64,000 nucleotides of DNA from an uncultured Methanosarcinales archaeon. Lineage in GTDB: Archaea; Nanobdellota; Nanobdellia; Woesearchaeales; JAGVZT01. Positions within the stretch are counted from its first letter, which is position 1, and the number at the start of each line of letters is the position of its first letter. Below are positions 45,048-54,349 of the stretch, piece after piece. Under the pieces are notes generated by a model. It worked only from the letters and a program-made list of their open reading frames with translations, was not told where the DNA came from and did no database searches. The translations under genes were made by a program, and so were the position numbers. The stretch spans positions 600-64,599 of the forward strand of contig CAYUHF010000006.1 of NCBI GenBank assembly GCA_964444505.1. The letters run 5' to 3'.

Positions 45048-46049
45048 CTAGTTTCTATAAGGTACTTGGACACATTCAAGCAGTTTTTCAGTAGGAACCA
45101 GAAGTTTGCCTTCAGGGGATGGAATGTTTTCTACATACCCACGGTCCTGGAGCATGTCTACTGTCCTGACATATGGACCTTTAAATGGATTTATTGATAT
45201 GCATTCTGTACTACAACATCTTTGCTCAAGCATTTCTTCGAATCTTTCTTTATTAAACGGAACCAGTGTTCCTGCTTGTTTGCTTGGGTCAAGCAATATG
45301 TCTACTGCTCTTTCCCATAGTGCTGAACCAAATGACATGGCAGGAGCTTTTGTATAGGCGCTGATGTTAAACTTTTCACTTAGTTCTCGCATTTGATCTT
45401 GTATTTTCTTTCTTTGTAATGAAGCAGGGAAATCTGATGGATCCTGGGACAGACATGACCAAATATAATCCAAACATTGATCAACCACTTCATCTACTGT
45501 TGTTTCGGTTGTATCTATTAAATGGACATTGGCAAAGTGATCATCCAGTCTCTGGTAATAACTAGTCAATAAGTTTATACGTTCAGGTGTCTCATTCGGA
45601 CTAAGTGGTTCTCCAGTTTCTTCGTGTCTCTCCCTGCATCTTCTTGCTCCCACCTCACCATCAACAACAAGACATAATGTCATGTTAGGAGTAGGCACAA
45701 ATTCACTTAATTCTTCAAGTTCTTCAACTGGAACCTCACCTTGCATTCCCTGGTAAACATAGAAATCAGCTAATCCTCTTGCAGAGACAAATACTCTGCC
45801 AGGCAGGTTTATTTCTGGCGTGACGTTTCGAAGGTAGTTTGTTAACCTATCAAATGCAAACAACATTGCTTCTATCTTGGGATCTTTATCTGGATTTAGT
45901 CTGTAGTTCTTTACTTCTTCACTCCATGGACCTGGCTCAACTATTCTTGTTACATTGTATCCAATTTCTAATAGTCCCTCACGAATGCCATCCTGTACAC
46001 TGGTCTTGCCTGAACCAGAAGGTCCCACAATCTGAATTATTTTCCCCAT
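45048..46049 (-). CDS. thymidylate-kinase-like P-loop kinase with ~130-aa C-terminal extension
   Basis: P-loop IVGPSGSGKTS, VEPGPWSEEVKNYRL, AMLFAFDRLTNY (dTMP-kinase-like). The C-terminal third is unassigned. Confidence 0.6.
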   Translation of the reverse strand: MGKIIQIVGPSGSGKTSVQDGIREGLLEIGYNVTRIVEPGPWSEEVKNYRLNPDKDPKIEAMLFAFDRLTNYLRNVTPEINLPGRVFVSARGLADFYVYQGMQGEVPVEELEELSEFVPTPNMTLCLVVDGEVGARRCRERHEETGEPLSPNETPERINLLTSYYQRLDDHFANVHLIDTTETTVDEVVDQCLDYIWSCLSQDPSDFPASLQRKKIQDQMRELSEKFNISAYTKAPAMSFGSALWERAVDILLDPSKQAGTLVPFNKERFEEMLEQRCCSTECISINPFKGPYVRTVDMLQDRGYVENIPSPEGKLLVPTEKLLECVQVPYRN

Positions 46050-46150
46050 CTAGTACTATTCTTGAGGGGTCATATTTATTATTTACGTTTTGTTTTCAGG
46101 ATAATCACATAAAAATTTAAATAGTAGTCATTTGTTAGTTATTGTGGGGA

Positions 46151-46783
46151 ATGAAACTAGTATTTTTTGATTTTTGGGGGACGTTGGTTGAGAATGGTAT
46201 ACATCCAAGTCCGGTTAGGCAGGTAAAATACATTTTGGGACTTGGGAATATGCATTTTCCTGAGTATATTGTAAGGTTTGAAAAAGTTTTTATGACAAAA
46301 AAGTTTGATGATTTGTATGAAGCCTTTGGAGCTGTTTGTGATGAATTTGATATTAGAAAAGATAAGGCAATTCTTGATAAGCTTGTTGGTATGTGGAACA
46401 AGAACAGACTTCTTGCAAAACCTTATCCAGAAACAGAAAAGGTTCTTGGTGATATCAAGGTTCCAAAAGTTCTTATCTCCAATACAGACTGTTTTTCACT
46501 AAGTTCTGTGATGGAAAAATATGAGCTTGATAAATACTTTGATTTCAAGATTTTAAGCTGTGATGAGGGAATGTTAAAGACAAACCCCAAGATGTTTAAC
46601 CTTGGTCTTGAAAAGTTCAGCTGTGATCCCAAAGAGGCATTGATGATTGGAGATAGTGTACCTTCTGACATGAGAGGTGCTGAAAACGCCGGGATCAAGG
46701 GTGTTTTGATTGACAGGAATAAAAGAAGGGATTATGAACCAAAGATTGTGTCTTTGGATGAAGTAAATAATTATCTGGGGTGA
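46151..46783 (+). CDS. HAD-superfamily hydrolase
   Basis: Motif I FFDFWGTLV (DxYGT-type variant), VLISNTD, MIGDSVPSDMRGAENAGI. Confidence 0.75.
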   Translation: MKLVFFDFWGTLVENGIHPSPVRQVKYILGLGNMHFPEYIVRFEKVFMTKKFDDLYEAFGAVCDEFDIRKDKAILDKLVGMWNKNRLLAKPYPETEKVLGDIKVPKVLISNTDCFSLSSVMEKYELDKYFDFKILSCDEGMLKTNPKMFNLGLEKFSCDPKEALMIGDSVPSDMRGAENAGIKGVLIDRNKRRDYEPKIVSLDEVNNYLG

Positions 46784-46788
46784 GGTAA

Positions 46789-47244
46789 ATGGAGTGTATT
46801 TTCTGCAAGATTATCAACGGTGAAATGCCCTGCCATAAGGTATGGGAAGATGATAAGCATATTGCATTTTTGTCAATATTTCCAAATACCAAAGGGTTTA
46901 CTGTTGTTGCCACAAAAAATCACTACCCAAGTTATGCTTTTGATGTTTCCGAAGAAGTTCTAAAAGATTTAACCATTGCTGCAAAAAAGGTGGGAAAGCT
47001 TCTTGACAGGGCTTTTTCTGATGTCGGGAGAACAGGTCTTATTATGGAAGGGTTTGGGGTGGATCACCTTCATGCAAAGCTATTTCCAATGCATGGTACT
47101 GCTAAAGATGAGTGGGAGCCTGTACATTCGGATGTAGACTATTACTTTGAGGAGTACATGGGTTATATTTGTTCTAATGATTCCAAGAGGGCTGATGATG
47201 AAAAACTGGCTGAACTTGCTGAAAGGATAAGGTCTCATAATTGA
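46789..47244 (+). CDS. HIT-family protein
   Basis: CIFCKIINGEMPCHKVWEDDKHIAFLSIFPNTKG. The triad region VDHLHAKLFP has Lys in place of the third His. Confidence 0.75.
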   Translation: MECIFCKIINGEMPCHKVWEDDKHIAFLSIFPNTKGFTVVATKNHYPSYAFDVSEEVLKDLTIAAKKVGKLLDRAFSDVGRTGLIMEGFGVDHLHAKLFPMHGTAKDEWEPVHSDVDYYFEEYMGYICSNDSKRADDEKLAELAERIRSHN

Positions 47245-47480
47245 TATTTTTTCGCTTGTGGTCTTTAACTGTTAATCCCATAGTGGATTTCTCAGAACAG
47301 CGATCCCAAATCTATACTAATAGTTGAATCCCACACTGGCCAGACTTAGTTTCGATGTTTTGAGTAGAACATTTGTTTTTCAGACGGCCGTCTGTGCCCT
47401 CATGGGATTCAAAAAAATCCAGAAAATATTACTTTAACTATTTAGCTTACAATAACTAGTTGGTTTTTTCAATCAAAACC

Positions 47481-47488
47481 TTTATAAA
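47481..47488 (+). promoter_or_regulatory. TATA box of rpl10e (probably leaderless mRNA)
   Basis: TTTATAAA begins 30 nt upstream of the ATG at 47511; no Shine-Dalgarno in between. Confidence 0.45.
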
Positions 47489-47510
47489 GATATCACAGTT
47501 AACCTTTGGT

Positions 47511-48032
47511 ATGGCAAGATTAAGAAAAGGGATTGCTTACAGGAGTCTGGAAAGGCCTTACACAAGGTACTCTAGATTTAAGAAGAAATCATATATCAAG
47601 GCAAATCCAAGCAACAAGATTGCAAAATTTGACATGGGAAATCTTAGAGATGATTTTGATTACGAGGTTAATATGATTGCAAAAGAAGGCCTGCAGGTAA
47701 GGCATGATGCAATGGAAGCTGCCAGGGCAACTTGCAACCGTTTTCTGGAGAGAAATGTCGGAAAACAGAATTATCATCTTAAGATAAGAAAGTTTCCTCA
47801 TCACATTCTAAGAGAGAACCCACTTGCTAAAGGTGCTGGAGCTGACAGGTTCTCTACTGGTATGAGCAAGGCTTTTGGAAATCCTATTGGAAGAGCTGCA
47901 CAGATCAAGCCGGGAGAGATTTTCTTTACTGTCTACACAAATGAACCAAATCTTGCAAAAGCCAAAAGAGCACTTAAAAAGGCAACTTACAAGATGGCAG
48001 CAAAGTGGACGATTCAGATTGAGAACAAGTAA
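47511..48032 (+). CDS. rpl10e: 50S ribosomal protein L10e (uL16)
   Basis: MARLRKGIAYRSLERPYTRYSRFKKKSYIKA...KIRKFPHHILRENPLAKGAGADR. Confidence 0.9.
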   Translation: MARLRKGIAYRSLERPYTRYSRFKKKSYIKANPSNKIAKFDMGNLRDDFDYEVNMIAKEGLQVRHDAMEAARATCNRFLERNVGKQNYHLKIRKFPHHILRENPLAKGAGADRFSTGMSKAFGNPIGRAAQIKPGEIFFTVYTNEPNLAKAKRALKKATYKMAAKWTIQIENK

Positions 48033-48928
48033 TTTTTTAGTTCTTCTACAGTTGTTAAGCATTCATAATTTTCTTTGAAATTATCTATGTCTTGTTCTGT
48101 TAACAGATCTGTCTTACTTAGATAGATTTTCACTGGCTTTTCAAACTTTTGTGCTCTTTTATAAAGTGCTTTCTGGTGTTCCAAGGGATAAGGTTCTGTT
48201 AAGTCAAAAACATATATTATTGCATCAGCAACGTATTTTATCACAAGATATGCCTGTTTTTCAATATTGTTCATTTTCTGGAACCTGTTGAGTGTCCCTG
48301 GTGTATCCACAAGCTGGACTTTTTTGTAGCTCTCTTTTGCATATCCAATGTTAATTTCTCTTGTGGTGAATGGGTATGCACCTATTTCAGGTGTTGCTTC
48401 GGTTATTTTTGTCATAATTGTTGTTTTACCAACGTTTGGAAAACCAAATAGTGCTGCTGTTTTCATATCCTTGATTGTTGGATATGTTCTCATAACTTTT
48501 CGTGCTTCTATAAGGTATTTCAGGTTGTCATCTATTTGTTTCATTACTGAACTTAGCCTTCCATAATACTCTCCTTTTGACTTGTACCTATTTTTGTATT
48601 TTTTATAAAGAGATTTTATCATCTTCATTGCCCAGTCCACTGCACCAAGAGATTTTTTTAGTTTCCTATAGTCCAGTGTGCATTTGATAAGTTCATTGTA
48701 GAAAGGCATTAGATTATCAATATCTGGAAAACTATCAATTATGGACTTTAGGTTTCCTTCCAATGTTTTTGCTGCAACGCTGAACCTCTGTTGATCCGCA
48801 AGCTTTCTTCTGCGCTCAATTCTCCCTTTTCCTGAGAGCTTTTTTCCTGCTTCTTTTCTTGCCTGCCGGAAAGCAATATCAAGGTATGTTTTTGAATCAC
48901 TTACTGGAGGAATTTTCTGGAAATTCAT
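48014..48928 (-). CDS. NOG1-type GTP-binding protein (archaeal COG1084)
   Basis: NOG1 N-terminal helical domain, then GFPNVGKTT (G1), YPFTT, DTPG. Convergent 19-nt overlap with rpl10e. Confidence 0.8.
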   Translation of the reverse strand: MNFQKIPPVSDSKTYLDIAFRQARKEAGKKLSGKGRIERRRKLADQQRFSVAAKTLEGNLKSIIDSFPDIDNLMPFYNELIKCTLDYRKLKKSLGAVDWAMKMIKSLYKKYKNRYKSKGEYYGRLSSVMKQIDDNLKYLIEARKVMRTYPTIKDMKTAALFGFPNVGKTTIMTKITEATPEIGAYPFTTREINIGYAKESYKKVQLVDTPGTLNRFQKMNNIEKQAYLVIKYVADAIIYVFDLTEPYPLEHQKALYKRAQKFEKPVKIYLSKTDLLTEQDIDNFKENYECLTTVEELKNYLFSI

Positions 48929-49000
48929 AGACTTAACAGTGTCCCGAGCTATAAAAATGTTTTCAAAATATATTAATACTACCTGTATTATGAAAACTAC

Positions 49001-49309
49001 ATGGTTAGTAATGAACAGATTTATGAAAAACTACTAAAGGTAGAGTCGGTTCTCAATGATCTTAAAAGAGAAGAGGATCTTATGATTTCTGATGCTGAAA
49101 AAATTGAGATGGATGAAAAAAAGCTTCTTGAAATTCTCTCGAGTGATTTGAACAAGAAGTTTCAGAATATCCTGGACTGGAAAAAATATGTGTGGGACAG
49201 CTGTGAGTACAGGAAATCATCTGGAAATGATAAGATAATTGACTTTGAGTGCGCTAAAACAGGAAAACCCTGCAGATTCAGCGACTGTCCTAGAAATATT
49301 GTCAGCTGA
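49001..49309 (+). CDS. hypothetical small protein with C-terminal Cys cluster
   Basis: ORF; C...C...C..C spacing in the last 45 aa. Confidence 0.4.
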   Translation: MVSNEQIYEKLLKVESVLNDLKREEDLMISDAEKIEMDEKKLLEILSSDLNKKFQNILDWKKYVWDSCEYRKSSGNDKIIDFECAKTGKPCRFSDCPRNIVS

Positions 49310-50273
49310 ATTTTGGGTAAGTTCCTCTCTGCATAAATACTTTTTCGAGTACTACTGCCATTCCCTTTCCTTCTATCATTTCATTAGCTGGAACAGTGGC
49401 TCTGCCATAACATACTAGTTCTCCTTTTAGTGTGAGGACTGCAACCATATCTTGTTTTGTGATATCTGATTCAACTTTTGACACTCCTGGTTTTTTTAGG
49501 TTTGCGCCGTGGCATAGGTTGTCTACTGCTGAATCCAGCACCCAGACTTTTGGAATGTGTTCCACTGCTTTTTCAATGGGCACTATGCACTTATTAAGAA
49601 ATTTTGGGTTCCCCTTGTTATAGTAGTGGTATGCATCACGAAGATCCTGCAGATAAACTGATGATTCTTCCATGAACGGGCCAACTCTTGTTCTTCTTAG
49701 CTGTGCCATATGTGCTCCTGTTTTCATTTTCTGGCCAATGTCATGAACAAGTTTTCTAATGTATGTTCCTGCCTCACACTTCACCTGGAACAATACGTCT
49801 CTGTTTTTAATCTCAAGTATTTCAAAATTGTATACATGTTTGTCTCTTAACCTTCTTTTAACACTTGACTTTACTGGAGGGAGCTGGCTTATTTTTCCAG
49901 TGAATTTTTTTATTGTTTTCTTTAGTTGTTCAGTATCGAATTCATTGTGGATATGCATGATACCAACATATTCTTTTCCTGCCTTTAAGAGAAGATGTGT
50001 TATTCTTGTTGCATTCTGAAGAGCTACTGGAAGTACTCCTGTTACTTTAGGGTCAAGTGTTCCTGAATGGCCTGCTTTTGACAATCCAAGGATTTCCTTT
50101 GTATAACCTGCAACCTGGTGTGATGTTGGTCCTGCCGGCTTATCTATGTTTACAACCCCATACCTTATCTGTTCCTTTATGGGCCTTTTACTGGGTTCAC
50201 AACCATAATTAGGATCAGTTGTCTTTTCTTCCCTTACCAGGATTTCAAATTCTCTTCTTTCATATGGAAACAT
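49302..50273 (-). CDS. cbf5: tRNA/rRNA pseudouridine synthase Cbf5 (TruB family plus PUA domain)
   Basis: VVNIDKPAGPTSHQV, GHSGTLDPKVTGVLPV (catalytic Asp), C-terminal PUA-like segment. Confidence 0.9.
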   Translation of the reverse strand: MFPYERREFEILVREEKTTDPNYGCEPSKRPIKEQIRYGVVNIDKPAGPTSHQVAGYTKEILGLSKAGHSGTLDPKVTGVLPVALQNATRITHLLLKAGKEYVGIMHIHNEFDTEQLKKTIKKFTGKISQLPPVKSSVKRRLRDKHVYNFEILEIKNRDVLFQVKCEAGTYIRKLVHDIGQKMKTGAHMAQLRRTRVGPFMEESSVYLQDLRDAYHYYNKGNPKFLNKCIVPIEKAVEHIPKVWVLDSAVDNLCHGANLKKPGVSKVESDITKQDMVAVLTLKGELVCYGRATVPANEMIEGKGMAVVLEKVFMQRGTYPKFS

Positions 50274-50317
50274 AATTAAGTGTATATTTGGAAAGTATAT
50301 AAAAGTTTGGAAAACTC

Positions 50318-51139
50318 TTATTGACTAACACATGCCCCTTCTGTACATGCGGTTTCTTCTGGGCAGTCAACAAAGTTTGATCTAGTGCAGTCTGAGTTCA
50401 AAAAGGCTAGACCTCTTCCTGCACAGATGAATCCTGGTTCGCATGTCTGGTGTTGGTATACACACCGACCTTCAAAGCATCCATGCGGGCACCTGTAAAC
50501 AACAGAGCTAACACAGTTTTCAGTACAATGAAATTCAACTACTGATTTTTTGGTATAGTCAGCACAATAGTCAGTGTATTTTTCATTTACAGTTCCTTTT
50601 GTATAGTATGAGAGCTGGTCTGTGTCTTTGCAGTTGGTGCATTCAGAAAAGTCATAAGTGCAGTCTGAGCTGCATCCTAATTTTCCGCCTGCATAGCCAT
50701 AATCTTTGCAGTTATTAGTCCCAGTGTCTTCGCCATCACACATTTCACTGCCTTGGTTGATATAGCCATCTCCGCAGTATGTTCCAGATTCCAGGCATCT
50801 TCCTGATTCACATTCACCAGGGCAGGTGTATCTTTTTAGTGCAGGACTACTTCCTTCACAATAGTATTCATATATTTGTCCATCATAGCACTTATCAGAA
50901 ATAGTTTTCATGTAAGTTTTTCCTTTTTCATACTTAACAGTTATTGTACCTTGAGAAAAGATATCTTCTGGGTCACCCGTACATGACAAATATTCTTTTT
51001 CATCAAATCCGACTGCCATACCCATTACTGGGTTTGATTCTGCAGGAAAATAATGGTCGATATTTAAAGTTGGTTTTATTGCAAAAAGTGAAATAATCAT
51101 GAAAAAAAGACTTATGGCTGACCCTTTTTTGAACCTCAT
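50318..51139 (-). CDS. secreted cysteine-rich protein with internally duplicated module
   Basis: Signal peptide. Two ...Y.C.....Y.CP..C..GRC modules flank a CGDG...CDGED...C segment (Myxococcus-type Cys-rich repeat). Confidence 0.65.
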   Translation of the reverse strand: MRFKKGSAISLFFMIISLFAIKPTLNIDHYFPAESNPVMGMAVGFDEKEYLSCTGDPEDIFSQGTITVKYEKGKTYMKTISDKCYDGQIYEYYCEGSSPALKRYTCPGECESGRCLESGTYCGDGYINQGSEMCDGEDTGTNNCKDYGYAGGKLGCSSDCTYDFSECTNCKDTDQLSYYTKGTVNEKYTDYCADYTKKSVVEFHCTENCVSSVVYRCPHGCFEGRCVYQHQTCEPGFICAGRGLAFLNSDCTRSNFVDCPEETACTEGACVSQ

Positions 51140-51192
51140 AACATCACCTGCTGTTTTTAAGATGTCATGTATATATAAGGTTTTTGGAAAAA

Positions 51193-51639
51193 TTATTTAG
51201 AACTCTTCGGTTTGCTTTTTGTTTTTTCTGCTGGCTCTTTGCTAGTTTTTTCTTTTTTTTGGTTTTCCTTCTTTGGTTTTTCCTGCTTGGTCTCTTTTTT
51301 TTCCTCTTTGTTTTCTGGTTTTTTGGGCTCTTTTTCTGGTTGTTTCTGTTCTTTTTTTGACTCGACTGGTACATAAGGGAATTCCCTATATTCATGGCCA
51401 AAAAGCTCTGCCTTGACAACATCATCTTCTTTTACAGCTGTTATCTTAACATGATGAGGTGGCCTTTTTATACCATTTTTCCACATGTGTTCATTGAGGT
51501 TTTTTCCGAGTTTTACAGTATCTGCCTTCATATGTTTTTGTAGAAATTCTCTTAGTGCAGTTACTGCTTTTTTGGTCCTTTTGTATTTCGGGACCTTCAT
51601 AAATTCCTTTCTCAATGGCACATTATATGTTCTTTCCAT
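51193..51639 (-). CDS. rpl31e: 50S ribosomal protein L31e (eL31) with ~64-aa Lys/Glu-rich C-terminal extension
   Basis: ERTYNVPLRKEFMKVPKYKRTKKAVTALREFLQKHMK...VKLGKNLNEHMWKNGIKRPPHHVKI, then a KKEQKQPEKEPKKPENKEEKK... tail. Confidence 0.85.
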   Translation of the reverse strand: MERTYNVPLRKEFMKVPKYKRTKKAVTALREFLQKHMKADTVKLGKNLNEHMWKNGIKRPPHHVKITAVKEDDVVKAELFGHEYREFPYVPVESKKEQKQPEKEPKKPENKEEKKETKQEKPKKENQKKEKTSKEPAEKTKSKPKSSK

Positions 51640-51640
51640 T

Positions 51641-51814
51641 TTACTTGTTTATTTTTGTTCTTCTCCAGCTTCTCTTCTTAGCAGTATGTCTGCCTGGATG
51701 TACCCGTCTTCCAGGTCCGTACTTCTTGAAAACTGTCCAGAATGGTGCCCACCTGGTCTGCTTGTTTCTTTTTGCAAGCCGTAGTTTTCTGTTCAAATGT
51801 TTGTATCTTGCCAT
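51641..51814 (-). CDS. rpl39e: 50S ribosomal protein L39e (eL39)
   Basis: Below the track cutoff. Manual translation: MARYKHLNRKLRLAKRNKQTRWAPFWTVFKKYGPGRRVHPGRHTAKKRSWRRTKINK. Its stop lies 1 nt before the rpl31e ATG. Confidence 0.85.
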   Translation of the reverse strand: MARYKHLNRKLRLAKRNKQTRWAPFWTVFKKYGPGRRVHPGRHTAKKRSWRRTKINK

Positions 51815-51816
51815 TT

Positions 51817-52122
51817 TTATCTGAATTTCACCTTGAAATCGCGCTTATCCTGCATTTGTTTTAATATTGACTTTAATTGCTGGTCTGTGATTTTTGTTAT
51901 GTTTCTTGTTTGAATAATCTGTGCCAGGACCATTAAGAGCTGCTGGCTTTTTTCTGGATACGCAACCTTGATGTTCCCGTACCTTTCCAGTGCTTTTTTT
52001 GTAAGAAAGCTTTTGATCTGGCTTTCAATATGATCCAGCTCTCTTTCCTGCTGCTGTTTGTTTTGCCTGGCTCTCATTAGTTCTTCCGCCTTTTTTTGGC
52101 GTAATCTTTCGAGCTCATCCAT
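51817..52122 (-). CDS. PDCD5/TFAR19-family DNA-binding protein (COG2118)
   Basis: MDELERLRQKKAEELMR...SFLTKKALERYGNIKVAYPEKSQQL.. . Sits in the conserved position between rps19e and rpl39e. Confidence 0.7.
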   Translation of the reverse strand: MDELERLRQKKAEELMRARQNKQQQERELDHIESQIKSFLTKKALERYGNIKVAYPEKSQQLLMVLAQIIQTRNITKITDQQLKSILKQMQDKRDFKVKFR

Positions 52123-52546
52123 TTTTGAAAATATCAGTTGCAGTTTTATCAAGTAAAGACTTTCCTTTTGCTGTTATTACTCTTCCTTTTCTTAATCCTT
52201 CTATCTTTTTCTCAACAAGTCCTTCTTTTTCAAGCTGCTGTAGTATGTTTCTTATAACAGCGCCACTACCTTTGTAGAAATGCTCTGTCTTGTGACCCCT
52301 GTCCCTCTTACCTCCGTATTTTGTCCTTAGTTTTGATACTCCTATTGGCCCTCTTTCGTAAACAGATCGCAATACAGCTGCGCTTCTTATATACCACCAG
52401 TCTTCTCGGTCTGGTGCCCTTTCTTTGTGGACACCTGTTTTTGCAAACAAAGACCATTCAGGTGCATCAATATTCTCCATTTCCTGTAATTTTGGTGCAA
52501 CAGTTTCTATTAACTGTGTAGCATCAACATCATAGACAGTTGCCAT
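52115..52546 (-). CDS. rps19e: 30S ribosomal protein S19e (eS19)
   Basis: MATVYDVDATQLIETVAPKLQ...PEWSLFAKTGVHKERAPDREDWWYIRSAAVLR. Confidence 0.9.
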   Translation of the reverse strand: MATVYDVDATQLIETVAPKLQEMENIDAPEWSLFAKTGVHKERAPDREDWWYIRSAAVLRSVYERGPIGVSKLRTKYGGKRDRGHKTEHFYKGSGAVIRNILQQLEKEGLVEKKIEGLRKGRVITAKGKSLLDKTATDIFKNG

Positions 52547-52841
52547 ATGGGATATGGAGTACAAAATTATTTAAAAATGTTTGGGTTTATTGGAGCTTTA
52601 GATTAATTTTAAGCATAAATTCTAAACTTCAATATATTGGTTCTTAGATTCTTTCTTAGAAACCATACAACTGTATATTAGGAATCGAACTACTGGACAT
52701 GAGGTCATTTTATAAAAATCATATCATTTTCTCAAAAACCAAACCTCTGTCTGGCCGTGGTGGGATTCCAACCAGTTCAACAGTTTCTGCACCAAATATG
52801 TTACCGCAATGTATAAATACAATCATCTACAACTGAGAATT

Positions 52842-53990
52842 ATGAAAATTCTTCTGCTTTGCGCAACCATGGGTAACTGGGGGGAGACAAATGGCATTGT
52901 TACTGTTATGAATAATCTTATTCCACACTTTAAAAAAACAGAGCATGAAGTGGACATCATTACATATGGGCCTGAGGATGACAAGGTTCAGAGTGAGAAT
53001 GTTACTATTATCACACATAAACCAAGACTACCTTTACAGCTTGATCCCAATATAATAATTGATTCAACACCCTTGTTTTCAAGTACAGCATTTGAAGCAA
53101 GAAAAAAAGAGTATGATATTGTAAACAGTTGGACTCCTGGACCACTTGGATGGCTTGGTGTTGAGATTTCAAAAACTCACCAGATTCCTCATATTAGTGT
53201 TTATCATTCTACTCTTGGCGATACTTCTCAATTAAGAGCAGAGAATGGCATTCAGAATATTTCTGAGAACCTACCAATGCTTGAGTCTACTGCTGATTTT
53301 ATCAGGTTGATCTGGGGCAATACTGCAAAGGCAGCTATGGAGCAGTGGATGAGGATGTATTACAATCAGTCTGATCTTATTCTTGCTCCTTCTGAATTCA
53401 CAAGAGATGAGGCATCAGAAAAATTCAGGCCTAGTGTTGAGATTCTGTCAAGAGGTGTTGATACTGAAAAGTTCAATCCTTGTTTCAGAGATAATGGTGA
53501 TTCCATGGCTGTTTATGTTGGTAGAATCGCACCTGAAAAAAATATGGAGCTTCTTTGTAAGGTTTTTAAGCACAGAGAGATTAGGATTGTGGGACACGGA
53601 CCAACTCTTGAAGCTCTCAGAAAAGAGCTACCAAGAGCAATTTTTACTGGTAGACTTGATGGTAAAGAACTTGCTCAGGCATATGCAAATTCAGGGTTTT
53701 TTGTTTTTCCTTCTCTTACTGATACTTTTGGACAAGTTGTGCAGGAGGCAATGGCTTCTGCTCTTCCTGTTATTGTGATGGATAAGATGGGGCCAAAAGA
53801 GATGGTGAAGCATTCTGTTAATGGTTTTGTTGCTTCTTCTGAAGATGAATTTGAAAAGTATGTTGATTTACTGGAAAACAATGATGATCTTAGAGAGAAA
53901 ATGGGAAAACAAGCCCGAGAATACGCATTGACAAGAACCTGGGATAATGTTTTTGACAAGCTGATCAGCTATTACAATAGATTTAAATAA
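52842..53990 (+). CDS. glycosyltransferase, GT4 (group 1) family
   Basis: MKILLLC N-terminus. C-terminal FVFPSLTDTFGQVVQEAMASALPVIVMDKMGPKEMV (E-x7-E). Confidence 0.8.
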   Translation: MKILLLCATMGNWGETNGIVTVMNNLIPHFKKTEHEVDIITYGPEDDKVQSENVTIITHKPRLPLQLDPNIIIDSTPLFSSTAFEARKKEYDIVNSWTPGPLGWLGVEISKTHQIPHISVYHSTLGDTSQLRAENGIQNISENLPMLESTADFIRLIWGNTAKAAMEQWMRMYYNQSDLILAPSEFTRDEASEKFRPSVEILSRGVDTEKFNPCFRDNGDSMAVYVGRIAPEKNMELLCKVFKHREIRIVGHGPTLEALRKELPRAIFTGRLDGKELAQAYANSGFFVFPSLTDTFGQVVQEAMASALPVIVMDKMGPKEMVKHSVNGFVASSEDEFEKYVDLLENNDDLREKMGKQAREYALTRTWDNVFDKLISYYNRFK

Positions 53991-54010
53991 CACTATTTTT
54001 TTTAAACTGT

Positions 54011-54349
54011 ATGAAAGTTAAGAAATCTGAAGCAAAAAAAGTCCAAAATTCTCCTGACTGCACTGTCTGGGAATATGACTATCCGAGCAGACTCTCTAGT
54101 TTTGCCACTGCTTTAATTGATGGCAGGTATCCTGAAAAGGGAAGAGTTACCAATACGGAATGCGAAGAGATTTATTATGTTATTTCTGGTTCTGGAACAG
54201 TGCATTCTGAAAAAGGTGATTTTAAACTTGAGAATGGAGATTTGTATCACTTTGAAAAAGAGGAAAAATACTGGGTTGAAGGCTATAAATTACTTCTTGC
54301 TCTGTTCAATGCTCCTAAATGGACTCCTGAGCAGCACAAGGTGGTATGA
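54011..54349 (+). CDS. cupin-domain protein
   Basis: EEIYYVISGSGTVHSEKGDFKLENGDLYHF is a cupin motif 1/2 pattern; 112 aa. Confidence 0.6.
   Translation: MKVKKSEAKKVQNSPDCTVWEYDYPSRLSSFATALIDGRYPEKGRVTNTECEEIYYVISGSGTVHSEKGDFKLENGDLYHFEKEEKYWVEGYKLLLALFNAPKWTPEQHKVV

Noticed and set aside
51165-51425. 86-aa Lys/Arg-rich ORF overlapping the rpl31e tail in another frame
   Set aside because: It is a frame artefact of the purine-rich repeat. The L31e frame is continuous with a conserved core.
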